Assembly (NCBI GenBank): GCA_028534125.1
Contig: CM052818.1
Coordinates: forward strand, 42,968,001 to 43,032,000
Direction: 5' to 3'
Source of the DNA: Lama glama
Taxonomy: Eukaryota
DNA: 64,000 nt
The notes beneath the pieces are model-generated. The model was not told where the DNA came from, did no database searches, and worked only from the letters and a program-made list of their open reading frames with translations. Both the position numbers and the translations under genes were made by a program. Below, in pieces: positions 38,331 to 52,102 of this stretch. Each line of letters opens with the position of its first letter. Within the stretch, counting starts at the first letter, position 1.

Positions 38331-39669
38331 TCATAATTTACGAGTTTTACCGTTATCTGATAGTTTCCTCTCAACTGGGACATCATTTTTGTGCCGTAAT
38401 CCATCTGTTTGTTATTCAAAGACCGTGGGTTTGTGTTGCACACTGGGTCAAGCATAGGTAAGTCTCCTTCAGTACTGAGGAGTTCTCCTGCCATTCTATA
38501 GAGGAGAGAATCTCTGATAAAACTCTCCTTACACCTCCTTTTTTTCTCTTAATTCCCTCTTAGACACATAATTATTCACCTATCGATTTGCCCATTTCGG
38601 GATACATAAGAATCAGAGACACATATCAGAGTGCCCAATTTTGACCTGTTCTCCAAGGAGAATGTAAACAGACACGACTTGGTTGAAAATAGACTTTACT
38701 ATAAACTACGATGGACTAAGAGAAGAAGTTTCTGGGGATGTTACAAGAAAACAAAAACCCATGTTCCTCCTCTTCCTACATTCCAATCTCAGCCCCTCAT
38801 AGGGAGCTCAGACTCACATTCAACTATTTTTGTGCTTCTTCCCAAGGGAGGAAGTGTGGCTTCTCGGCAAGCGATATCCTAAAATGTATTGGACCATTTT
38901 CTTAAGGGGTAGGGTCAATTTGCCTAAATGCTTTAATCTACCTCTTCAACTCTGTCTTTTTGCTCTGAGTGCCAATGCCCAGGCACATCCTGTCTCCACA
39001 TGTTGAAGGCACCCCGTGTACTGATTATCTTCCTTTTGTGGGAGAAATGAAAAGTGTAACTATCCGCTGACCCAGGCCATGTTTTCTAATCCACCTGGAT
39101 TTTGTGTTGAACGTCCCTCCATCCAGTTAGACCGTGGGCTCTGTAAGGACAAGAGGTTGGGTTGCCTTTTCTCATTATTCTGTCCCCTCTGTTTTCAACA
39201 CTTGTTTGCTGGGGGAAGTTGGTCCAGGCACTGGCCTCACCTGAGGTTATGCTCTGGAGATAAAAACGGATATGTTGTTGTGAAGATTAATTGAGGCAGT
39301 GTCTGTGGTGTCCCCTGGAACCTACCAAACTGTGTCGAGTACCCCTCTCCTGTTCTTTTCCCACCCTTTTGCACTGTAAATAAAGTTGCCCTATGTCATT
39401 ATATGTTGTAGAGTGTGTAAGAAGTTCTCTAGAATTACTGCATTGAATTCTGTAAGGTATGCAGAGAAACGGATACTGGCTCCATTTTATCATTTAGGCA
39501 GTAGAGATCCAGTAAGTGTATATGTAGCCGACTCAAAGGCCACAATTATGTAACATGAATCTTCTGGCTCCTGCTAGAGTGTTTTTTCTTTTTTTCCTGC
39601 TAAAACAAAGCACTGCTTAGCAGTAGTCCAGAAATCACATTCTATTCACTTTATAGTTAAGAAAATAGC

Positions 39670-39815
39670 AATTTAGGTCCCTCTGAGCCACAGTTTTCTC
39701 AAGAAAAGCAAAGATTGAAATACTACTTTATGAGATATTAGTTGTGAGGATTAAATGATACGATGCATGCAAATCCACATGGGTCTTCAAATAGCAGGTG
39801 CTCATAAAAAGTTAA
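39670..39815 (+). mobile_element. MIR 3' part
   Basis: ctctgagccacagttttctca ... gttgtgaggattaaatgatacgatgcatg ... agcaggtgctca. Confidence 0.75.
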
Positions 39816-40266
39816 CTTTGTTCCTCTAATTGCTAACTCATAAAGTTTCAAGATCACAGTTTTTACTTCGTTCACAGGTATAAGCTGTGATAAATTTAGG
39901 AGATACTTATATCTCCCTAAATGCCTTTGAAATAAGTCAGTTCACATTTCACATTTATTTTTGGAGGGAGAGAAATCGAATGAGCTTGTCGAAAGAGAGG
40001 GCTTTGAGCTAACATCCTGCCTCTGGCACTTAACATCTTTGTAATTTTGCAAGACCTCCTTAATATGAGACTCAGTTTCTTTGTAATAAAAATATGTTAA
40101 ATTATCTAGGTTGTACCTGTCACAAGCAAGAATTTTACACAGTTTGTAACCGATGGCTGTTACTGTCACTACTGCCACCACTTCATCCTCTCTGATGCTG
40201 TCATTATCATTGTTTTCAAAGGACAGAAGGAACACTTGTTCTGACGTTGATCAGTGCATTAAGCAT

Positions 40267-40726
40267 TGCATCATTTCCCTAGGGCTGTCCTACAAGGCAC
40301 CCAAAATAGGTGGCCTAAAGCAATAGAAATGTGTGGTCTCTCAGCTCTGGAGGCTAGAAGTCTGAAGTTAAGATGTTGGTTATGCTTACTAGTGGTTCTA
40401 GGGGCGACTCCTTCCTTGCCTCTTGCAGCGTCTGGTGTTGGTGTTTATTCCTCGTAGATGTGTTACTCCAACCCGTCCTTCTCTAGTCAAATGGCCTTCT
40501 TCTCACTATAGGTCTTCACACTGTCTTTCCTCTGTGTGTATCTATTTCTATGTTCAAGTTTACCCTCTAACAAGACCCTTCATACTGGACTGGAGTCCAC
40601 CCACGTGACCTCATCTTAACTAATGACATCAGTAACAACCCTCACCTCCAAGTGAAGTCACATTCTGAGATACTAACACGTAGGACTTCAACCTGCCTCT
40701 TTGGGAACACAGTGCAGCCCACGATA
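40267..40726 (-). mobile_element. MaLR solo LTR (MLT1B/C-like)
   Basis: ctctcagctctggaggctagaagtctgaa ... gacctcatcttaactaatgacatc ... gtcacattctgagatact; 5-bp TSD agcat (40262-40266) and agcac (40727-40731). Confidence 0.9.
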
Positions 40727-41578
40727 AGCACGAGTTGAAACATTTTGGTCTATTCTCAATGACTTCAGAATTCATGTAGTCACTCAGATGATTTGAATTT
40801 TGCCAGCCAAAAAAAAAAAAAAAATCAAGCCTCTTCCTATGATACTGATTTCTGTACTCAAGAAAATCAAACTGGATTTCTAGGGAGTTCAAGAAAATCA
40901 CAGAATGGAGTTTTCCAACTGCCACAAATAGCTGAGTTAAGATTTCTGAATAGTTGTGAACAAATGGAAGAATCCTTCAGCTCTTTGTTCAGGAGAAATG
41001 TTTTGCCCATTTCAACTCTAGCAGAGAGAAAATTTGTGACACGTGAGTAGAAAAGCTGGCATCTAACTTTACACCGGACTCCATCATGCGAAGCAAGCAC
41101 CATTAAGAGAGTTTGAGAAGAGAATTGGCATCTGGGAGATTGAGAGTCAGCTGGAGACCACTGAGTTCAGCTCCTGGTTTTTAAATGGGCCCCTTGTCCT
41201 CCCAACTTGCAGACACTCTGGGTCCATTGAGGTGAATAATGGGACAAGACAACTGGAAATGTCCAATGAGGTTAATACTTTAAATAAGAAAATGGTGTGA
41301 GGAGAGGAGACTGTGCTCCCATCTGGGGCAAAAAGGAAACTAAGAATTCCTCCTGTGTTCTCCCTGCTCCATAACCATGTGTCACAGGAAGATAGAGGTG
41401 AATACAGAAACCAGGTGATCAGGAAGGAAGAGGTGATTAGTAGACTCGAACGAGTTAGAGAAAGATTAGTCATACCTTGTTTTTTATTCATTCTAGCTAT
41501 AGACATAAAAAAAAATAGTGAATTATCATTGCACCTTATATGTCTAGAACCCTCACAGAATTCTATGAAGCAGGGGAT

Positions 41579-42035
41579 TCTGGCAGGTGGGTTTGGGACC
41601 CCCACAGATGTTTTTATCCTAATCCCCTCCACCTGTGAATATGTGACCCTTCATGGCGAAAGAGACTTTGAAGATGTGACGCAGGCTCTTGAGATGGGGA
41701 TATTATCCTGCATTATCAGAGTGGGCCCAGTGTGATTGTGAGAGTCGTTACAAGAGGGAGGCAAGACAGTCAAATTTGTCAGAAAAAAGATGTGATCATG
41801 GAGTCAAAGGTTGAAGGTAGAGGAAGGGTCCAAGGGACAAGGGCCACAGGTAACCTCTAGAAGCTTGAAAAGTCAAGGAAAGAGGTTCTCCTTTAGAGAC
41901 TCCAGAAGGAATGCAGCCCTGTTGACACCTTAAGTTTAGTCTTCTGACTTCCAGAACTCTGAGAGAACATATTTGTGTTGTTTTAAGCCACTAAGTTTGC
42001 ATTACTTTGCTACAGCGTCTATAGGAAAGTAAGAG
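41579..42035 (+). mobile_element. MaLR solo LTR (MLT1D-like)
   Basis: atcctaatcccctccacctgtgaatatgtgacc ... ctccagaaggaatgcagccct ... tgttttaagccactaagtttg. Confidence 0.9.
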
Positions 42036-43099
42036 GGTTCTTTGGGAAGGACCGTATATTTTAAAGAGTAGATGAAGGAACACAAGACATTTTAAGTGAC
42101 TCAATTTTTCACATATATTAAATATCAACATAGTTTCTTCATTAAATCTTGCTTTTGGTGAATCCATCCACACGTACTTGTCGAGTACCAAAGAATTTCC
42201 CAGCACTGCTCTCTGGGTTTCTTTCTTTAAGTCCAAAGAGGGCTTTTGAGACATACAGTTGATTTTAAAAGGCTTCGAGTCATCACTGAAGTAGACACTG
42301 GACAGGAGAATCAGAGCTCTGAGTGGGAGGCCCCTTTGACAAAGGAAGACTCAAAGGGCTGGGGCGGGACTCGGCAAAAGGAACAAGGCTGGGTCTGGAC
42401 TTCACAGAGGATGGGAAGGCAGCTTTAGGCTTGCTGTCTGGCCTCCCTGGGTGGGGAAACCGGGGAATGAAGAGAGAGACTCTGTCTAGGAATCAAGGCA
42501 GCACAGCCAACCCTTTCCTTACATTATCCCTCAGGTACTTATATGTGGTAGATGGAGTTGGGGAAGTAGAGGAACCCAAAAGCGTGCTTCAGAAAAGGAG
42601 TGGTTTGCCCTTGGGCACAGGAAGAGGTGGACTCGCTTGGAGAATTCAGATCTTCCTGGCCCCCAGACCAGGGCTCCTCTCCCCTCAACACGCCAACTCC
42701 ACAACTCTCCCAACAAAAACCACTTGGCACATATGATTCAGAGGTTATAATGGGTCTAGTTGAATTTTTGGCTTTTCTGCTGAGTAGCTGTGTCTCCAGA
42801 CAAAGGGTTGAACTTTCCTAATCACCTTGTTATTGTGAAAGACAGGTGTGAGAGCTGTTGGAAATTGGAAGCTGTTTTACCAGGTGGGAGTTAATTGTTC
42901 TAACCCTCCTGGGATATTGTGTGCATTTCTTCTTCTTTTTATTTTAATCTCAAAATAACTCCCCATTTGAGAGGTGAGAATTTTCTCTCTTTTTCTTATA
43001 TCTTTCTTTGAAACATCATTATCTTTAGTAACTACCTCTGTAAAACCAAAATAATATCTGTCATCATTATGATATTACAAATAGTACAACTGGTAACCA

Positions 43100-43350
43100 T
43101 GGAAGCTAATATTTATCAGGTTCTTATAATACGAAAGTTGCCAAATTGGTGTATAAGACACATATTATCATTGCATCTCACAACAATTAAGCAAGGCAGG
43201 ATGTATTATCTCATTGATCTCCATCTCATTGACAAAGAAACTGAGGTTCAGAGAGGAGTGGTGACTTGCACAATAAAGTCAGTCTGTGGTAGAAAATGGG
43301 TTGCAACCAAAGGTTTCTGACTCCCAAAGTGTGCCCTTTACCCAATGAAT
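43100..43350 (-). mobile_element. MIR
   Basis: agctaatatttatcagg ... tctcacaacaa ... gaaactgaggttcagagagg. Confidence 0.8.
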
Positions 43351-44297
43351 CATGCTGTTACTTAAAGGTGGAAACTCCATTTTTTAAATTTGAAAGACCA
43401 AGACATAGCATCATACAAAGCTGCAGCAGACATTTAAGAATATTTATTAAATTGAATTTTCACTTTGAACTCAGGCACTGGATTTGCATCAAGTTATTTG
43501 GTTCATCAGGAGCCACTGAATCACCAAAAAGCACATGGAAAGAGTGAACACTTATGCTCTGAAGTTATTAGTAAGGACATGTTGATTGAACGCATCCTCT
43601 CAGGGTTTGTCCTGTCACACAAACAATGAAACATAAATACCAAAGTGTTAGGAGATGAGTGGGTTGTCCCTGTCCCCTCGGTCTCAGAAGTCCCCAGTCC
43701 AGGTGGGCGAACACTAATATATAAGTGTTCCACCCCCAATAGTTATTTCCCCCAGAGACACATTAACCACATGAAGCCAGTGTCACTATCCCGACCTAGT
43801 GAAGATGGGCATTGCTGTATCAGAGGCAGAATGGATCCTGTCTCTGACATCACTCCCTCCTCTTGCCTTCGACACCATCACACATCTAATACAGCCCTCT
43901 CCACCCCCACCCAAATACATCACAATAGTTCACACAAACATCTCTGGCCAATAGTCATAAACAGTGACTTTATTGATTCATTGGTTGATTGGTTGATGAA
44001 GTTTCTAGATTTGAGAATAATTTGTTGATCAATGGAAAAGGACCAAAAGCTGTTGGAGAAACAAATCACTCGGGCAAGATGTGTAAGTTTAGCTTATTCC
44101 CTTAGCTTCAAACACAGAGATATCCTAAAAAATCTATAGAAATAGCAATCTTTGAACTATTAAAAGAATCCTGCTGGGGCTTTGTCTTGATCCACTGAGA
44201 AAAATATTTTTAGACAGAAGAGTTTGTAACCAACACTCTTGCTTATAAAAGCTACTGCTTCCTTATTGGACGAAACAAATTGTGCATGAGTAGACTA

Positions 44298-44448
44298 GCT
44301 AGTCTCAAATGGGCTACACATCCGACATCCTGGGGTGAATTAAAAACAGATTCTTATGAGCTATCCAAAACTTTCTTAATCATTATTCAGGTGGGACTTT
44401 GAAAATTTCTCTCAATGATTCCAATGTATAACCAGGTTGGTAACTGCT
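44298..44448. mobile_element. MER5-type MITE (degraded)
   Basis: tctcaaatgggctacacat ... tgattccaatgtataaccaggttggtaactgct. Confidence 0.5.
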
Positions 44449-44769
44449 AAACTGGTGTCTTTTTTCAAATTGTAAAAAGCATTGAAAAATTCAGCCTCCT
44501 TGGGCACTTGAAGCTTCATCATCACTTGTTCCAAGGTTATTTGAAACATTTTCCCTGCATCAGGTGAACTGCTCAGGGAGTAGCCCAGCCAGGGGTCCTG
44601 CTGCTCATTTGCTGTGATGTCCTGCCCCAAGCGTAGGCTCTCTCTCAAAAACAGGCAGCAAAATTGAAGCCATATATGTGCGGGTGGGTGGGTGTATCCC
44701 AGTAATGATGGTATTTCACTCTTGAGCAGACTTCCATAGAGAAAAAACAACCACCTTTGACCTTTCTGT

Positions 44770-44935
44770 TCTGATAATCCTTACAGCCACTCAGTGAAAT
44801 AGGCAGGGCTGGGCCATTTGTTTAGGTAGATAAGGAAGTTGAATCTCAAAAAGGCTACGCAACCCTCCTAAGGTTGCACAGGCTAGAAGTTGTTCCAAGT
44901 AGGAACCAACTCAGGTCTTTGGACTCAGACTGTTT
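44770..44935 (-). mobile_element. MIR
   Basis: taatccttacagccactcagtgaaataggcagg ... cctaaggttgcacaggctagaag ... actcaggtctttggactc. Confidence 0.7.
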
Positions 44936-46338
44936 CCTTCTATTCTTGGCTGTCACTGATTAGGCAATATTGAATAAACACGTGCACACACGAACATACA
45001 CACAGGAAGGTACCCATGATCTGGATCAACCAGATGAACGTATTTCATGACTGCCCTATACTTGCTAGGGGAGTCTCTCTCAACCATACATTTTTTGTTC
45101 CAAAGTGTCAATATTTGTGTTTAGCTATGTATTTCTATATTAGTGAGTGAACTGTTTAATGTCGTACAAGCTCCTACAGTTTGTGTTCAATATTACTATA
45201 CAGACCTCATCAGGGGCTTCCATCTGGCTAATTCCCCATGACACAGCTTGTCCTTTTCCTCTCGGAGCTTTCTCCTCTGTAAAATGGGTGCTCTTTGGGA
45301 CTCAGCTTTGAAATTCTATGGCCTTTGCTTCTACCATTTGGTCTGTAGGACATTCCTTTGACCACCAACTCTGCCTGCGCGATTCCTATTTAGATGGCGT
45401 GGCTCCAGATGTCAGCTCTGGGGTCCAGGACAGGCAACCATGCTTCTTCTTGCTCTGAATGGCTGTGGTATATTCTCTGTACTTCTTCATGCCTCCCTTC
45501 CCACCTTACATTTTCGTTATTTTCATCAACATCTTCTTCATCTTGTTGAACCGTGAGCCTACTTCATTTAACTGAGAGACTCTTGGCCCGAGCACCACAC
45601 AGTGAAAGGAAGAAATGAACACTTTTGGAGGACTGCAAGATGGGAACTATTATTAAACCCAATTAGTAGAATAGGCAATAGACAAGAAAACCAAGGCACA
45701 GCCCAAAACCAGGTAACAATTAAGTGGCAGTAGGAGAACCTAGTCTTGTAACCACTGCACGATATGAGTCCACTCCCGTGTACTTACTGAAGGAAATTTA
45801 TGAGCTAAGCTAACTCCAGTCTCCTTTATGCCTTTAAACCCATTTCCTCCATCAGAAAGGAAGGAAACAAGAAGGATCTGATATGTTTGTACCTGGACAT
45901 GGGGCAGATCTTCACCACTGATGGCCAGGGCACCTACCATGTGAAGGTGGCAGTGGAGGGCGCTTTGGCCAGGTGAGTGTGATTACTCACTTTGAGGGGC
46001 AGCTACACTGGTGGTCTAAACACATCCAGGGGAAACTGCTCTTGGCAAATGCTAATAATCACAAATAAAGCCTCTGTTGTTTCCTCACCACTTTTTTTTT
46101 AACCTTATGTCTCAATCAGTACCTAGAAAAACAAAGCAGCAGGCTCCGCAGGCCTGGAGCTATTCTCCCAGGACACACTGAAAACGAAAAGGAAATCGGC
46201 AGTTCTGGATGGAATCAGTTTCATACTCGTTTTATAACGATTGCAGCAGGCAGAGGAGTGAAACACAAAGAGTCTTCGGGACCGTTTTCAGAAACAGATT
46301 TGAAGCTCACGTTTTAAAAGAGATGTTGTATTTTAGGT

Positions 46339-46455
46339 CAGTGGTTGGCAATTTTTTTCTCTAAAGGTTCAGATGGTAAATATTTTAGACTTTGGAGGCC
46401 AAGAGGCCAAATTGATGATGTTATGTGGATGCTGATATAATAAGAGATACAAGAG
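46339..46455. mobile_element. MER58-like hAT-Charlie fragment
   Basis: cagtggttggcaatttttttctctaaaggttcagatggtaaatattttagactttg. Confidence 0.8.
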
Positions 46456-47224
46456 CAAAAACTCCTTCTGTTTCTGGCCCTATTTGCCTGGGGTGGTAGA
46501 GGGCCACCTGGGGTGATGAGCATGCTTTGGGCCCAGCTCCTGACAGGCATCTTCAGAGCAGCCACAAGTGGAGGGGCCAGGAATCAGGCTGTATCCCTCA
46601 CTTTTCACCTGGTCCCAAGGAGACTCACATCCCGATACCCTTTTCTCCTTCCAGAGAGCCTGACCTTCTTAACCAGGGAGGCTGGCTGGAGTTAGTCACT
46701 GAGATTCCAGACTCCTCTGTCTTCCAACTGAGATTCCACCACCCAGTGCCCAGCAGTTACCAAACAGCAGACATCCCAACATGTTGGCGGCAAGTGCTCC
46801 AGGGTGTGGCCAAAGGTGAGGCTCAGCCATTGGCCAGGGAGGCAAGTCCAGGGTAAGGATGAAAAACTGGAGTGGAAGGAGCTCTGGCTGGCTTTTCATG
46901 ATTCAAAATACTAGTTCGCTAGAGCAGAGCCACGGGCTGCACAGAAGAGGCAGCAGCCTGGATTTTGCCCACAAGCAACCTCTGTTTCAGAACATGGCTG
47001 AACATGACATGATTATGTTGAAGAGACACACTGGAAGTCAACAGAAATTGGAGAAACATGTTCCCACAAAGAAGCTGAGCAGAGAGATCGGGATGAGCAT
47101 AGTCCCAGAGGCAGAATCTGGAAGGTGTAGGCACACAATATAATTGGCATCATGAGTGTTAACATGAAGGTGGAGGTTAGTTTCAGAGGCAGGGATTTTG
47201 TCATGACTGAGATCTCAGAAGCGG

Positions 47225-47599
47225 ATGTAGCTCATTGCTTTCCCTTCCCTATGAAAGGATTATGTCATCCTGTCCATTGTCATGTGACTTGTGGAGCCTT
47301 TCTGTGGGAGTAGAGCTCCTGCCTCATTATCAGGTTTGGCTTGATGATTTGATTTGATTAGTGAAGTTTTGAAGAACCAGTGATGTAATGGTAGGTTTAT
47401 GAAATGGATCATGATTTCTGTCTTTTTTTTCCTTCTGCCAAGAAAACAACCATACTCCTTCATCTTGGATTTTGGAGCAGCTGCAGAGCCATGTTTTCAC
47501 TCAGCCCACCTGTCATTGTGATTGAGAAATAAAATTCAGTTTTTATAAGCTACTGAAATTTTGAAGTCATTTGTTACTGCAGCAAAGCTGACTGATACA
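47225..47599 (+). mobile_element. Old MaLR LTR (MLT1H/I-like)
   Basis: Ends gagaaataaaattcagtttttataagctactgaaattttg ... tttgttactgcagcaaagctgactgataca. Confidence 0.75.
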
Positions 47600-48113
47600 C
47601 AGGTGAAATTTAGAAACGTAGAAAAGAAACTTCATTTAGTAAAGTTCATCATTGAATAATCAGATCCAGATACCAGGCTAAGGGTTAAGGCCAGGACTGT
47701 AGCCCCCATGATGATAAGACAAGAGATGATGTCCAGAGGCCTTGGTCCTAGGATACTTGACAGGATGCCTGGACAGGAATTTAGATTGAAGGAATTGTCT
47801 TCCCTGAGCCACAAGGTTAGGGCCGCAAGTAGTCACCCTGACCCAAGGTGAATCATTCAATTCTCTGTGTATTAAGAGTCTTTCACTTTATACTAGGAAG
47901 AAGACCAGAAGCTAAGGATTCAGGGACAAATAAGAAGGCAGAGATCAATCACTCACGGTGGGGAAGGTACATCATGAAATTTCTACGGAGGACACTGAGT
48001 CTTGAAGGATGAGTAGATGAGTGGATTGAGGGACCAGCGTGTAAAACAGCACAGAACGGTAAGGCCTGGCTTTAGTTCCTCAAATCCTCTTGCCTACTCA
48101 AGACTGCTTCAAG

Positions 48114-48242
48114 AGCAGTTTCTCAAAGTATCAAGTCCTGTGTCCCCAGACTTTCTGAATCATATTTTCTAGATCTGAAGCCCCAGAATATGCAACATTG
48201 ACCCTCTAAGTGACTCTGCACACTCAAGTTTGAGACTCCGTG
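48114..48242. mobile_element. MER5A-like MITE (internally deleted)
   Basis: cagtttctcaaagt ... ccccagactttctgaatca ... cactcaagtttgagactccgtg. Confidence 0.65.
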
Positions 48243-48250
48243 ATGCAGCG

Positions 48251-48430
48251 CAGTGGGTCTCAGACCGAGGTACACATTGACTCAACTGGGCAGCTTTTAA
48301 AACATAAGATGCCTGGACCTCTCACCCCAGAGATTCTCCTTTGGTTGATTTAGTATAGGGCTCAAGCCCTGGTATGTTTTTAGAAGTTCCCTGAATTTAT
48401 TTTGACGTGCACTCAGTTTGAGGCTCACTA
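48251..48430. mobile_element. MER5B-like MITE
   Basis: cagtgggtctcagacc ... gcagcttttaaaacataagatgcctgg ... ccccagagattct ... cagtttgaggctcacta. Confidence 0.75.
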
Positions 48431-50599
48431 GTGTAGAGCAAAAAAATCGATCCATAGTCACTACATGTTCATTGTAAACATCATGAAAATGGCATCCAGG
48501 GCACTGTTGTGGCTAGAGGCATAAAATTGATCACGGTTTTTCTTAAAGGGAACTTGAAGTATTGAAACCTGATGAGAAGACAGTGTCTGGCACAGGGTGA
48601 ACAGTCAAAGTCTTATGTTGAGTGAATTCATGATAAAGCACATATCCAAAGAGATTGAGCATTTTAACCAAGACTTCTAGGTTTATGCTAACTGAGGTCG
48701 AGGGACCACTGTCCTGGAGACAGCGTGGGAAGGGATGGGGAGACCTGGGGTAGGGAGAGGAAGACGGTTTCAGTGCAGAAGGACCTCAAGAAGCCAGAAA
48801 TGAGGCAGGCCCCGACAGGATGATCTGGCTCTAAGAACACAAGCCCACCAGGGCTCCGTTCCCACTGCCCTGGGGGCCTGGGGCTTTCCGTGGTCTCGCT
48901 TCCCACACAGAACTCGTTCTCAGAACGTGTGCTAAGCTACCCACCAATTTCGGGTTTTGCTTATTGCATTTTCAGAATTGAATTTTTCAAGAGCAATTGC
49001 CACAATACAATTTTGTGAACTTGTAGCACTGAACATTCCTAATTAGGTTGCTATAGCCCTTAGCCAAATTACTGCAAATGTCATCTCTCGGCTCTCTTTT
49101 TTGATGCAAAAATGTAGGGCAGTCAGCAATATACACAATTTAATCTTAATGTGGGCAGACGCTGCTCCTGGTGACAGACGGGTCTGTTTTCCATTAACCC
49201 AAAATTTGCTTAGTCAAGCAATTCCCTCATTACACAGCTTGCATCCAAAAGGATGCTTCGGTCTCTCAAGCAAGCTGCTGCTTTAGCAATTAGCTGTCCA
49301 TAAAAATGTGAGTAACTGCCCTGTCTCAGGATGGTTGGTGAGTTGATCACGCCCTTGGGCCAGCCTTGGCCATTCAGAGTCTCCTCTGTTGGCACCGTCC
49401 CAGGTTTCAGAGATTCTGCGTCATTAGAACGCGTGACAACATTGGTGGTGACTTTCCAGCCTCGTCGTTGTTCTCTTTAGAGGAAAGGGTGTTCATTTAG
49501 AGAAAACATCTATCTATAAATTTTGATTTGCTCAGCCCAGTGACCTAACTCCTTCACCTTGGTCCTCCTGGTGCCATTTTTTCACAGCTGGTTCCATGAA
49601 TTGTTCCAGTGGGAGGCTCATCCCTATTCCCCAGCCTAGACCAATCCATCTGCAAACAAACCGTAACAAAACAAAGTGAACGACTGATCAAGGGAAATGC
49701 AGTCCTCAGCCCTGAATACTCGCTATGCATGAGGCATTGTACTGGGCCCTCCAGATCTCATTTAATTCTGGCCGCAGTTGAAGGAATGTGCACTGGTATT
49801 CCCAACTTATAGCCAGAAAACTGAGTCACTGAAAGTAAGCGAGTCATGGAATACCTACAGACGCAGCATCTGATTGAGTAGCTCTTCCTTACAATGTCCC
49901 TTTCTTGTAACATCCCTATGGGTGTTAAAAACAGCTGTCCTTTCGGACTTGGAATCCTCAGCCCCGTGAGCAGTGGGCTTCCTAACCGTGCTCCCCATTC
50001 CTACATCTTGTCTGGAGTTGAAGCTGGTTTCTCAAGAATGTTTTTTCCCAAGTCTCTGGGGTCTGCTACTCATGGATAATTCTGTAAAGAAAGCTTACTT
50101 AAACCCCCAACTCCTGAGAATTGTCTGCTCCAGGTTCTTCATTGCTGAGATTGGTCCACCAATTAGAAACAGTCCCAACTCTCCGCCCTTACCGGGAGAA
50201 TCCCCTCGGTCTTTGTTTGGGAGACAGATGGGAAAGATGCACATGCTTGTGGCAATGGAGACCTTCTCTATCACAGAAGCAGCATCGCATAAAAACCGAC
50301 GCTTTGTGTCTTCTCATTATGCACAAATCTGCTTAGGAACTGATTTTCCTGATCTATTTCTTTATCCCATTACATGTTGGTCTGGTTTTATAAGCTTATA
50401 AGCTTTTATTTAACTTCATTTCCTCCTGGCTTCTCCAAGGTGACTGTAAGTTTCTTCTTTGCCAGTCACCTGGTTTCTCCCTGGCCAGACTGCTGTCGGC
50501 TCACCTGAATTAGCCCTTGCTTAGGTCTTCCTCTACCTTCCAGTTCAGGGCCAGCTACAAACCTTATAAGCATCTTAATGACGCTTTCTTCTCACTGTT

Positions 50600-51170
50600 G
50601 ACATTCAACCAGGACACTGTCCTATGGATTCTTATTCCTAAATATCTTTGAAGTTCTTTCCGTTTCTCCCATGACCTTTCCTGCTTTCTTAGCTCCAGAC
50701 CCTCATAACTTATCGTCTAGGTTACAGAAATTCCTTCTGACTGCCCTCCACATCTCCAGCCTGGCATCTGTTATTCTGTTTCCTACTTTTCCAATAGGGT
50801 GATCTTTCTAAAGACCGCGCCCTTCCTTTTTAAAACCCTTCAAGGGATACCCACGCTTTCGAGATAAAGTCTAAACTCCTTATGATGTCTATCTTATCTA
50901 AATTTCAAACTGTATTAATCTTCCAAGATCCAATAGAAATTTCCTCTTTGTTTGTCTATCTCAACTTGAGTCCACCCCAAGCACTCACTATTACGGCATT
51001 TCCTAAATTGGACTATAAGCATTTATCATAAGGCTTTCTCACTGCTTTGAACGTTAGATGACCAGGCAAAGACTGTGTCCAGTTAACTTCTACATCCCCG
51101 ACTATAGAACAGTGCCTGGCACACATTGGATATTTAATAATTGTTTGCTAAATGATTGGCTGAATGAATC
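50600..51170 (+). mobile_element. L2 3' portion
   Basis: gggtgatctttctaaa, taaaacccttcaa, gataaagtctaaactcctta, agaacagtgcctggcacacattggatatttaataattgtttg. Confidence 0.85.
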
Positions 51171-51624
51171 AGTTGTTGGTGGAAATAAAAACCAGCCTCA
51201 CCATTCCCTTCTTTCTTGCTGGGTTCAGAGCACTTGCTCATGCCCACATGTGGGATGGAGGTAGTCACTGAAGAACCAACGAAACTGCCCAGCTTCCTTT
51301 AAATCAGACAGAAGCCAAGCAAATTCAGTTCGCCTTTATGCTGTAGAAAACATTCATCCAAAGCATTTACTTTTTACACTCAAATTTGCCTTTGCCTTTC
51401 CTTGTGGAAGGGGAGATGGTGTTGCAAAATTATTCTGAAACAGTTTTTTTGTGATTGCAATAAATAGTGGATAAGAGCAGGAAGGTTGATGATGTGGATT
51501 ACAAAGAAAAGATTAAAATTTGGTTGTGGGTGGAGAGCAGGTTCAGTGACGTTCCTCTTGCTTCTAACCTCAGTGACATTAGGACAGAATGAACTAAAAT
51601 GAGAGTCTTTAGAAGCATCCTGGA

Positions 51625-52050
51625 GCCAGTCATTCTACCAGCTACGTATGAGCACCATCCTGGGCCTGGCACCGTGCTAGGCTCCCAGAACAAAGAAATA
51701 TTAAAGACAGGCTCCCTGCTCCTGGTGTGATGCGGAGGAGGGACACACAGTAGGTATTCCTGAGTCAGAGTGGAGAGAGTTAGAATGGAGGACGGACAAA
51801 GGACTCTGGAAGTACAGTTTGGATTAAAGACATTGTAGAGACTGTGTGAGAGTTTTGCAGAAGTGACTTTTGAGTTGAACGTGGAAAGGGCGATTCAGGG
51901 AAAATAGCATCCCAGCTAGAGGGAACAGTTTGAATAAAATTCCCAGGGTGTAAAGCAATGACACAGGGGGCAATGATGAACGGAAGGAAGACAAATGAGC
52001 CCGAGGAGAAAGCTGGGCAGAGTCATCGGCACCTCATGCATAGGGAGTGG
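51625..52050 (-). mobile_element. L2 fragment
   Basis: tatgagcaccatcctgggcctggcaccgtgctaggctc ... aagacaggctccctgctc ... gaagtgacttttgagttgaa. Confidence 0.7.
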
Positions 52051-52102
52051 GGGGGGCCAGTGGAGGAGCTGAAAGGGGGGGTTGACTCTCATATCGTATA
52101 TT

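Noticed and set aside
41147..41735. Longest ORFs (161 aa minus, 140 aa plus)
   Set aside because: They overlap MIR-like and MLT1D sequence and show no protein-family features.
46655..46852. Possible exon (acceptor ttttctccttccag; donors AG|gtgagg at 46815 and GG|gtaagg at 46852)
   Set aside because: The splice-like signals are plausible, but there is no recognisable peptide or partner exon. It needs RNA-seq evidence.
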